The position numbers and the translations under genes were made by a program. A DNA stretch of 15,530 nt from Candidatus Zixiibacteriota bacterium (GTDB taxonomy: Bacteria > Zixibacteria > MSB-5A5 > GN15 > FEB-12): contig JBGSIV010000281.1 of the NCBI GenBank assembly GCA_041742355.1, positions 1 through 15,530 of the forward strand. The letters are read 5' to 3'. The notes beneath the pieces were generated by a model. It had not been told where the DNA came from. It saw only the letters and a list, made by a program, of their open reading frames with translations, and did not search any database. This document shows, piece by piece, positions 1 to 6,874 of the stretch (positions within the stretch are counted from its first letter, which is position 1; the number at the start of each line of letters is the position of its first letter).

Positions 1-141
1 ACCACCACCAGGCTCATCCACCTGCGCCATTCCAGCTCAGGACAACGGAGAAGACCAAAGACATGACAAAGAAGAAGGCAAACCACAAAAAGTGTTACCT
101 ATGTGATCGGTCAATTCTGTAACCTATGTCTGGTTCGTACA
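1..141 (+). mobile_element. Right end of a probable IS481-family insertion sequence (partial; transposase lies upstream of the window)
   Basis: Two near-identical 12-mers, TGTTACCTATGT (93-104) and TGTAACCTATGT (118-129), are followed by ...TTCGTACA ending at 141. This matches the TGT...ACA termini with repeated internal sites typical of IS481-family ends. An open frame 2..106 ends in ...KVLPM* inside the end. The region is also more A-rich than the rest of the window. Confidence 0.7.
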
Positions 142-180
142 CGGTAGTGGGCGACCGATCCGAAACGGATCCTCTACCGA

Positions 181-909
181 CTAATGTCTGCTGGCCAGCC
201 TCTTTCCTACCTTGGTAAACAGCGCGTCGAGCACTTGGACGACCGACGGCGTCAGCGCTTCCGGCTCGTCTTCGTTAAATATCGACAGCACACCGCCCCA
301 TTCATTCCCAACGCGAGGCATCGGCTTGGCTTCCAGTTCCTGCCGCTCTTTCACCCGCCGAGACCAGACCAACGCTCCGTCAGAAATCCGATGGATATTC
401 ACTTGGACCACGATCTCGCGGCTTGTCCATCCCCACGGACTCGTGTCTTCGTCAAGGACCGCGGACATGGGGCTGTTTCTTTCGGTGCGGGCGGTAATCA
501 GGAATTCCACCTGCGTTCCAAGCGAATCACGCACAGCCTGGTGAAATCCAGCCGGTAATGCATCTCCCTTTCCCAGCGCTTTCCGGAGGTCCCGGTAGAA
601 ATCAGCTGCCAATCGCGCCTTTACTTCGTCCGGCCACAGCATCCTGACGTTGGGCAGCTCCCTTGCCAGTTGAGTCGCCATCGATTGATCCGCCGAGTCC
701 CTCTGGGTTCCGAATTCCGGGCATTCGAGTCTCTTACCTACCACCCCCAGCACGGCCATCCCATCCCGCTGGAGCGCGTCTGCGGTGAACGAGGGGGCCT
801 CGATTGTTGGTGAATGCCTGCGGGCGCAGGCCGTCAGTAGCACCACGGCCCCCGCGAGGACTAACAGCCCCCCTGCTATCCTGTAGCCGTTTCCTGTGTC
901 GGATTTCAT
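181..909 (-). CDS. Hypothetical lipoprotein (242 aa)
   Basis: ATG at 909 is preceded by a GGAGGG Shine-Dalgarno and is preferred over the GTG at 927. A hydrophobic N-region ends in the lipobox LLTA-C. No family recognised. Confidence 0.75.
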   Translation of the reverse strand: MKSDTGNGYRIAGGLLVLAGAVVLLTACARRHSPTIEAPSFTADALQRDGMAVLGVVGKRLECPEFGTQRDSADQSMATQLARELPNVRMLWPDEVKARLAADFYRDLRKALGKGDALPAGFHQAVRDSLGTQVEFLITARTERNSPMSAVLDEDTSPWGWTSREIVVQVNIHRISDGALVWSRRVKERQELEAKPMPRVGNEWGGVLSIFNEDEPEALTPSVVQVLDALFTKVGKRLASRH

Positions 910-1185
910 ATTGCTCCCTCCGCTCACATGTGGTCCACCCGCAGTGGACCTCCCACGATTGAGATCAGTAGAAAGAGGCGATGCCTTCTTCCACGTCGAA
1001 AATGCAGGGCCCGAGGAATCACACTCGCGCCGTCGGCCTGCCCGAATCCGGACACGCAGATGAAAAGTGCGCCTGACAACAAACTAAGTCAATAAGTCGT
1101 TTCGCGCGCAGAATCCCTGGCCGTCTTTCTTCCGCGAGGGGTTCCTCCGGGGATTGTTCGGGGACGAAGCAGGAACGCCGCCGGG

Positions 1186-1211
1186 GGAACAGGGCGGCGG
1201 TGCATCTCGTT
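1186..1211 (+). promoter_or_regulatory. Putative ECF sigma factor promoter (GGAAC-N17-CGTT) for the peroxiredoxin gene
   Basis: GGAAC at 1186-1190, a 17-nt spacer, then CGTT at 1208-1211. This matches the SigH/SigR/EcfG-type consensus and lies 43 nt upstream of the ATG. Confidence 0.5.
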
Positions 1212-1254
1212 ATATTGACAAATGTTAACTAATGCCAAAAGGAATGGTCGCATC

Positions 1255-1782
1255 ATGATTCGAATCATCATCTTTGCCGTAGTTCTCTCCTTTTTGCCGT
1301 GGACCCTGCTGTTCGCCGCCGAACCGGTCAAGGTGGGCGACCCGGTCCCGGCGTTTACTCTCCCTTATGCCACCAAAGACAGTGTCAGTTTCGATGGCCT
1401 CGTTTCATCCACGCTAACCGGCAAACGGTACCTGCTGGCATTCTATCCGGCCGACTGGTCAGGCGGGTGCACCAAGGAGATGTGCCTGTTCCGGGATGAG
1501 TTTGCGGGGTTTGAAGAGCTGGGGGTGACAGTGCTGCCGATATCGGGAGACTACGTCTTCAGCCATCACGAGTGGGCGAAGCACCACAATCTGCCGTTCA
1601 TGCTGCTGTCCGACCCAACCCGGGATTTCGGCAGGCAACTGGGTGTGTACCGTGAGGATACCGGCATGTTCTCCCGCTCCGTCTTTGTCGTCGGCCCAGA
1701 TGGGACATTCGAGTATATCGATTACGAGTACTCGGTGAAGGACGATGTTGACTACGAAGCCCTGAAGAGCGCACTGAAGTAG
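1255..1782 (+). CDS. Peroxiredoxin (AhpC/TSA family, BCP/AhpE-like) with N-terminal signal peptide (175 aa)
   Basis: Active-site motif FYPADWSGGCTKEMC (PxxxSxxC plus CxxxxC), VGDPVPAFTLP, ISGD...H..WA, LLSD and RSVFVVGPDG. ATG at 1255 follows AAGGA. The N-terminus MIRIIIFAVVLSFLPWTLLFA is signal-like. Confidence 0.92.
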   Translation: MIRIIIFAVVLSFLPWTLLFAAEPVKVGDPVPAFTLPYATKDSVSFDGLVSSTLTGKRYLLAFYPADWSGGCTKEMCLFRDEFAGFEELGVTVLPISGDYVFSHHEWAKHHNLPFMLLSDPTRDFGRQLGVYREDTGMFSRSVFVVGPDGTFEYIDYEYSVKDDVDYEALKSALK

Positions 1783-1800
1783 GGCCAGGCAATTCTCCCG

Positions 1801-1836
1801 AAAACACCACCGCCGCCCTCGGAGGGCGGCGGTAGT
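1801..1836 (-). terminator. Rho-independent terminator between convergent genes (probably bidirectional)
   Basis: Perfect 11-bp stem ACCGCCGCCCT (1809-1819) / AGGGCGGCGGT (1823-1833). On the minus strand it is followed by GGTGTTTT. Confidence 0.7.
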
Positions 1837-1867
1837 ACTCTCTCGGCACATCCACGATCGGTCCGAT

Positions 1868-2809
1868 CTACATCCCCAGCCCCGTGATCCACTGCGAGGT
1901 TTTCTGCTCCCACTTATCTGGGCGGTACTGCAGAACGCCCACCAGCTTCCCTTTGACCACCCCGGCCATTATCCGGCCGTACTGCTCATGCTCGACATAG
2001 ACCGACAACCCCTGGTCGAACTTGAAAATGTGCGGCACCTTGAGCTGCTCGCCCCCCTTCTCGGCCCACTCCTTGAAGAGGAGGAACTTGAAACCGATTG
2101 AATCGGGAGAGACAAACCAGGTGGAAGTATCCGTGCCCATCGAGAAGTCCATGGTGTAGATCTCATTCAGGCCCCGTACACCCAGCCAGTGGTAGCCGAA
2201 GAAGCGGTCGGAACCGCCGACACGATCATGGCCGGGGAAGAGGATGTGGTACGGCGTCAGCATAGCCTGCACGGTCACCCTATCCGCGATCAGTTTCGCC
2301 AGCCGATCGACTGCAGCCCGCGATGAATCGCTCCCGTCCGGAGCGTCCAGGGTGATGGCGTAATCGCCGGTGTAGACATACCGCGTCGTCCCGAGTCGGA
2401 ACGACTGGCGGCCGATGAGCTCGGTCGGCGCGCCATTGGGGCGGTGCGCGGCATAGTAGCCATACGCATCGATCGGTTCGGCAAACTGGGCCGCCTCAAC
2501 CCGAATCGGCTGCCCCGCGATTGTGAAGCTCGCCCGAGCCACCCCGACACAGTCAAAGCAGGCGAGGGTGATGCCGGTGTCGGCCGTATCGGCGGCCAGG
2601 GCGTCGGCGCGCACGACTGCCGGCGCGCGATCGGGTCGGATTTCGACCGCCGGCATCGCCAGAAGCGTGTCGGCGCCGAACGGGAAGGTCGCGAGGTTCG
2701 CGAAGTTGGGATGATCCGGGTACATCGTATGCGCCTCACGGATCCTGTTGTCTCCGCAAGAGGTCAGCAGCAGCGCGGCGGCTGCAATGAGAAGCAGGGT
2801 AGTTTTCAT
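1868..2809 (-). CDS. Hypothetical lipoprotein, DUF6599-like (313 aa)
   Basis: ATG at 2809 overlaps the TGA of the upstream gene (ATGA coupling). Lipoprotein signal MKTTLLLIAAAALLLTS-C. The segment F..PIDAYGYY...IGRQSF...GDYAITL resembles DUF6599-type proteins; the family call is tentative. Confidence 0.75.
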   Translation of the reverse strand: MKTTLLLIAAAALLLTSCGDNRIREAHTMYPDHPNFANLATFPFGADTLLAMPAVEIRPDRAPAVVRADALAADTADTGITLACFDCVGVARASFTIAGQPIRVEAAQFAEPIDAYGYYAAHRPNGAPTELIGRQSFRLGTTRYVYTGDYAITLDAPDGSDSSRAAVDRLAKLIADRVTVQAMLTPYHILFPGHDRVGGSDRFFGYHWLGVRGLNEIYTMDFSMGTDTSTWFVSPDSIGFKFLLFKEWAEKGGEQLKVPHIFKFDQGLSVYVEHEQYGRIMAGVVKGKLVGVLQYRPDKWEQKTSQWITGLGM

Positions 2810-3678
2810 AAGACGTACAACACAATGCTGGCGGTTGCGAGCCACAAGAGGACGGTGATAAGTATCGGCCGATCATCGATCAACACGCGCGCCGGCGATC
2901 CCCCCTGCTCCTCGCGGTGGATGAGGTAGAGGTAACGGAAGACGCCGTAGACGACGAACGGGATGGTTACGAACAACTTGTCGGTGCCGAGCTTATGTAT
3001 GACCTCGGCGGAAAATGTGTAGAGCATGTAAATGACGAGCACGGCGGCTGTGACCACCGAGAGCAGATGATCCAGGAGCGCCGGCGAGTACATGATCAGC
3101 GTTTTGCGGTGGGCCAGCGCCGCCTTCTCAAGGTAGAGCAGTTCGTGGCGCCGCTTGCCCAGCGAAAGAAAGAGAGCCAGAAGCAGCGTGTTGATGAGAA
3201 ACCAGGTGGAGGCGGGCACGCTGATGGCGAAGGCGCCGGCGTACGCCCGAATCACGAACCCGAGGGCGATCGTGAGAACATCGAGAATAACGATATGCTT
3301 GGCCCAGAACGTATAGGCGACATTCAACGCAAGAAAAGCAATCGCCGAGAGGAAGAAGTTGAGGTTGATCAGCCTTGATCCGACCAGCCCGATTGCCAGG
3401 AGTACGCCCACCAGGGCGATTGCGGTGCCGACATTGATCCGTCCGGCCGCCAGCGGCCGACTCTTTTTCAGGGGGTGCAGCCGGTCACGTTCCATATCGA
3501 CAATATCATTGAGAATGTAGACGGCCGACGACAGCAGGCAGTACAGGGCGAACGCGGCTGCGGTCAGAAGGACCTTGTCGGGATGAGTCAACTCCCCGGC
3601 GAAGACGATCGCCAGGAGCATTATCCCGTTCTTGAGCCACTGCGAGGGGCGAGCCAGCCGGATGATATCGCGGATCAT
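2806..3678 (-). CDS. UbiA-family prenyltransferase, decaprenyl-phosphate phosphoribosyltransferase-like (290 aa)
   Basis: Motifs RPSQWLKN, NDIVD...DRLHPLKKSRPLAAG, AYTFWAKH..ILDV..IALGFVIR, GKRRHEL, TIPFVVYGVFRYL and GGSP; multiple transmembrane segments. Confidence 0.92.
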   Translation of the reverse strand: MIRDIIRLARPSQWLKNGIMLLAIVFAGELTHPDKVLLTAAAFALYCLLSSAVYILNDIVDMERDRLHPLKKSRPLAAGRINVGTAIALVGVLLAIGLVGSRLINLNFFLSAIAFLALNVAYTFWAKHIVILDVLTIALGFVIRAYAGAFAISVPASTWFLINTLLLALFLSLGKRRHELLYLEKAALAHRKTLIMYSPALLDHLLSVVTAAVLVIYMLYTFSAEVIHKLGTDKLFVTIPFVVYGVFRYLYLIHREEQGGSPARVLIDDRPILITVLLWLATASIVLYVL

Positions 3679-3683
3679 GGCAG

Positions 3684-3712
3684 ACGATACGAAAACCCGA
3701 GGGGAGGGACAA
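3684..3712 (-). promoter_or_regulatory. Putative sigma70 promoter for the UbiA-family gene (leaderless transcript)
   Basis: Minus strand reads TTGTCC-N17-TATCGT, then only 5 nt (CTGCC) before the ATG at 3678. No Shine-Dalgarno. Confidence 0.55.
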
Positions 3713-3797
3713 GGCTAAACTGGACAGGGCAGGGACCGCGCCGCGGGGTGGGGAGAACCGGCCGACGGACGCTCCCCCCGGGGTGAAGTTATTTTCT

Positions 3798-3826
3798 TTT
3801 CCAATTGCACTGCTTTTACATATACT
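3798..3826 (+). promoter_or_regulatory. Putative sigma70 promoter for the DAG-kinase-like gene (leaderless or near-leaderless)
   Basis: TTTCCA-N17-TATACT in an AT-rich patch, 8 nt before the ATG at 3835. No Shine-Dalgarno. Confidence 0.5.
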
Positions 3827-3834
3827 TGCTCCTG

Positions 3835-4776
3835 ATGCGGCCAAGACAGCAAAAGGGCGGTTCCGCCCACTACCTGATCGCCGTCAACCGGCAGGCAGGT
3901 GATTACTCCGACAAGACCGTGCGCCGTCTGACCGGCGCCCTGCGCCGCGAGGGCAGCTACTACACGATCATTGAGCCGGAGTCGTCCGATGACCTTCGCG
4001 CCACCGCTCGCGAATACTGCAAGCTGACCAAATCCAGCCGCCCGTTCCCCCCGCCGGTGGTGAAACGCGGAAAGGTGACCTCGCTGGTGGCGGCCGGCGG
4101 CGACGGCACGGTCAACGCCGTGGCCGGTGTCGCCCTCGAGGCGGGCCTGCCCATGGGCATTCTGCCGATGGGCCGCGCCAACAACATCGCCCAATCGCTG
4201 TGCAGCCACGGCGACCTCAAGGCGGCTACCCAGGTGATCATCGGACGAAAGTACCGCGCTATCGACGTTGCCATGCTGGGCGACCGGGTGATTGTCGGCT
4301 CGCTGGCGATCGGCCTGATTCCAAAGGTGTACGACGAGCTCAAGGGGCGCGCGATGCCCCGCTTCTCGTTCTGGCTCGGTTCGCTGGTTAGCCGGGCGGC
4401 GGCGGCCACTGAACGCACCCGGTTCGTGGCGAAGGTCGATGCTTTCCGCTTCGACATCGACGCAAAAATGTTTTCGCTCAACCTCCTGCCCTACTCGATC
4501 GGGATGCGCCTGTCGCCCGCCTCGGTGCCCGACGACGGCCAGGGGGAGATCATCTTCGACGTCAATACCTCCGACAAGGACCTCGGCCAGTATATCCGCG
4601 ACGTGTATAAGGGACGGTACGTATACGGCAGCCAGGTTCGCCTCTACCGGGGAGCGTACATCGCCTTCAACCCGGGTAAGGGGCGTCTCGCGCTGCTCGA
4701 CGGTGACCTGATCGAACTGCCGGAGGCCGATTTCAGCCTCCAGGTCGGCAGTGTCAAATTGAAGCTCTTCTGCTGA
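3835..4776 (+). CDS. Diacylglycerol/lipid kinase family protein (YegS/DgkB-like, divergent) (313 aa)
   Basis: Motifs VNRQAG, VAAGGDGTVNAVA, MGILPMGRANNIA, IDV, DDG and LDGD. ATG at 3835 is preferred over the TTG at 3805, which lies within the promoter. Confidence 0.85.
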   Translation: MRPRQQKGGSAHYLIAVNRQAGDYSDKTVRRLTGALRREGSYYTIIEPESSDDLRATAREYCKLTKSSRPFPPPVVKRGKVTSLVAAGGDGTVNAVAGVALEAGLPMGILPMGRANNIAQSLCSHGDLKAATQVIIGRKYRAIDVAMLGDRVIVGSLAIGLIPKVYDELKGRAMPRFSFWLGSLVSRAAAATERTRFVAKVDAFRFDIDAKMFSLNLLPYSIGMRLSPASVPDDGQGEIIFDVNTSDKDLGQYIRDVYKGRYVYGSQVRLYRGAYIAFNPGKGRLALLDGDLIELPEADFSLQVGSVKLKLFC

Positions 4777-4783
4777 GGACCGC

Positions 4784-5434
4784 ATGGTTGGCCGAGCGCT
4801 CGCGTTGTCCCTCCTGATCCTGTTCGCGATTCCCCTGCATGCCCAGGAACCGCCCGCCCCACCGGATACGACGGCCGTTGATTCTGCTGCTGTTCCCGAC
4901 ACCCTCGGGCAGGGCGTCACGCAGGATACGGTCGAAACCCCGCGCGATACGGTGCGCTACCAGCCGTCGGACGAACTGCTCCGCTACATCGCGCCGACCG
5001 ATACAGTCAACCTTGAGGCCCACCTGAGTCAGAATCCGACTTTGGCGCTGTTCAAGTCGATGGTTGTGCCCGGCTGGGGACAGGCCGGCAACGGCGACTA
5101 CCTCAAAGCCATCATCTTCCTGGGGTTGGATGCCTGGATGGTCGGTGCGGCGATTCACTACGGCCGGCAGGCGTCGGATTTCAAGAAGGAGTTTAACGCC
5201 GCCGTAACGGCCGATGATCGCAACGCGTGGTATGCGCTCTACGACGACCGGCGCAGCGAACGCAACAAATTCACTTGGTTCGCCGTGATCGTCTCGTTCG
5301 TATCGATGTTCGACGCCTATGTCGACGCGCACTTCTCCGGATTCCCCGACGCAGACCGGGAGCCGCGCCTCGGCTTCGACATCGGGCCGGGCAACGGCGG
5401 CGGTGTCGCTGCCTCGATCACCGTGCCGTTCTGA
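4784..5434 (+). CDS. DUF5683-like exported/membrane protein (216 aa)
   Basis: GAGGA Shine-Dalgarno; signal peptide ending LHA-Q; low-complexity P/D/T linker; motifs NPTLALFKSMVVPGWGQ and DAYVDAH; C-terminal ...ASITVPF. Confidence 0.8.
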   Translation: MVGRALALSLLILFAIPLHAQEPPAPPDTTAVDSAAVPDTLGQGVTQDTVETPRDTVRYQPSDELLRYIAPTDTVNLEAHLSQNPTLALFKSMVVPGWGQAGNGDYLKAIIFLGLDAWMVGAAIHYGRQASDFKKEFNAAVTADDRNAWYALYDDRRSERNKFTWFAVIVSFVSMFDAYVDAHFSGFPDADREPRLGFDIGPGNGGGVAASITVPF

Positions 5435-6874
5435 TCAGCTCTCCGCGAGAATGAAATCCCGCACATTGATGCCGTAGCGAACCGGCTCGATGATCCGCAC
5501 GATGTGCCGGTGGAGTTGCTCGGTGCTTGCCAGGTTGGCGAATTCGGTCTGCCCGAGCAGGCCGTCGCGGTTGCCGATAATCTGGAGGTGCGGGCGGTCA
5601 AACTGCCCTTCGTTGGCGGCGACGACAACCGCGATTTCGTCAGTATTCAGCAGCACCACGCTGCCGACCGGGTAGATCCCGATGACGCGGTTGAACAGCT
5701 CCAGCAGCGTCACGTCAAACTTCATCCCCATCTGGTACCGCATCTTCTTGATCACCTGATCCGGCGCGATCGATTTCTTGACATACACCCGGCCGGAGGT
5801 GAGAGCGTCGAAGGTGTCGGCGATCGTGATGATGCGGGAGAACAGGTTCAGCGGCCGCCGCTCGTGCAGCGAGGGGTAACCGGTGAAGTCGGCGTTGATG
5901 TGGTGCTCCAGCGCGCCCAGGGCCGCGCGGGTGCTGTGCTCGTCGAGGCGAAGGCTGCGCAGGATGGTCTTAGCGCCCAGGATTGGATGCCGCTGCATCT
6001 GGATCCAGTCGTTCTCGTCGAACGAATCCGGCTTCTGGATCAGATCCCGGTCGAGACGGACTTTGCCGATGTCGTGAAACAGCGCGGCGAAACCGAGCTG
6101 CGACAGCCGCGGACGGTCCATGCCGAGATTGATGCCCAGCGTGAGGGAGTACACCGACACGTTGATTGAGTGGGCGTAGGTGTAATCGTCGAAGTCCTTT
6201 ATCGCGGCCAGTTCAAGGAGCGAATCCTGGTCGCGCATGATGTGGTCAATGAGCGAATGGACGACCCGGCGCGTCTTGGAGAGGTTGATCTCCCGTTCGA
6301 CCGCGCTGTGGGAGACTATTTCCTCGACCACTGAAATTGCGCGGAAGAAGGTTGTCCGGGCCTGCAGCCGCATCTGGCGCCGGTGCTGATTTTCATCGTC
6401 GTCTTCCTCCGGTTCCTCGGGCAGGCCGAGCAGGAAAATCGTGGCGGGCACCTGCCGGTCGAGCTCCTTCTGGAGTTCGGCCAGTTCGATCGCCCGCGGC
6501 GCAAGGGAAGCCATGAAGCTGAAGAACCCGCGGATATCCGTTTCGCTCACTTCGGGGAGAAAGCGCACGCCGCCGATGCCGAGGATGTCCCACTCGGCGC
6601 AAATCGCCTTGCCTGCACCGGAATTATCATCGAAACGTATGAACTGCTCATTGGCGAAGTAGCGCCCGTTGACCGCCTTGATCGAGACCTCATTCCCCCC
6701 GTCGGTCAGTGACCGGAGGGTTTCGTGGAAGGCGGCGCACTGCTTGACGAACGCGCGGTTGTTCGGCTCGACGACGCGGGCGTTGCGGTAGATCACGAAG
6801 AACGAGTTGACCAGCCGCTCCTCGCGCTCGGTCGCGGCGACTCTGGTCTTGCCGGTGTCGACAGCGGTCGTCAT
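5435..6874 (-). CDS. HD-GYP domain phosphodiesterase (putative cyclic dinucleotide hydrolase) with an uncharacterised N-terminal domain (479 aa)
   Basis: Motifs DDYTYAHSINV, ALFHDIGK, KP...W..MQRHP..G, EHH..DFTGYP, IADTFDALTSGRVY and GIYPVGSVVLL. GGAGG Shine-Dalgarno; ATGA overlap with the upstream gene. Confidence 0.92.
   Translation of the reverse strand: MTTAVDTGKTRVAATEREERLVNSFFVIYRNARVVEPNNRAFVKQCAAFHETLRSLTDGGNEVSIKAVNGRYFANEQFIRFDDNSGAGKAICAEWDILGIGGVRFLPEVSETDIRGFFSFMASLAPRAIELAELQKELDRQVPATIFLLGLPEEPEEDDDENQHRRQMRLQARTTFFRAISVVEEIVSHSAVEREINLSKTRRVVHSLIDHIMRDQDSLLELAAIKDFDDYTYAHSINVSVYSLTLGINLGMDRPRLSQLGFAALFHDIGKVRLDRDLIQKPDSFDENDWIQMQRHPILGAKTILRSLRLDEHSTRAALGALEHHINADFTGYPSLHERRPLNLFSRIITIADTFDALTSGRVYVKKSIAPDQVIKKMRYQMGMKFDVTLLELFNRVIGIYPVGSVVLLNTDEIAVVVAANEGQFDRPHLQIIGNRDGLLGQTEFANLASTEQLHRHIVRIIEPVRYGINVRDFILAES

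Noticed and set aside
93..129. Short direct repeats as a CRISPR remnant
   Set aside because: Only two 12-bp copies with a 13-nt gap; better explained as an IS end.
1215..1243. TTGACA at 1215-1220 as a sigma70 -35
   Set aside because: No plausible -10 hexamer lies 16-18 nt downstream (the sequence there is AAAGGA).
1444..1490. Selenocysteine recoding in the peroxiredoxin
   Set aside because: Both active-site residues are TGC Cys codons and there is no in-frame TGA.
1191..1833. 11-bp direct repeat AGGGCGGCGGT flanking the peroxiredoxin gene (1191-1201 and 1823-1833) as a cassette boundary or REP element
   Set aside because: It is a low-complexity GC-rich word with only two copies, and the second is explained as a terminator arm.
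1828..1839. GGCGGTAG resembling an RfaH ops element
   Set aside because: It is part of the terminator stem, lacks the downstream TG, and is not in a leader of the polysaccharide operon.
3715..4920. Long antisense ORFs (3715..4920 -, also 6874..7896 +, 12373..13392 -, 14055..15164 -, 5504..6169 +)
   Set aside because: They are shadows of well-supported genes on the opposite strand, expected at high GC, and show no recognisable motifs.
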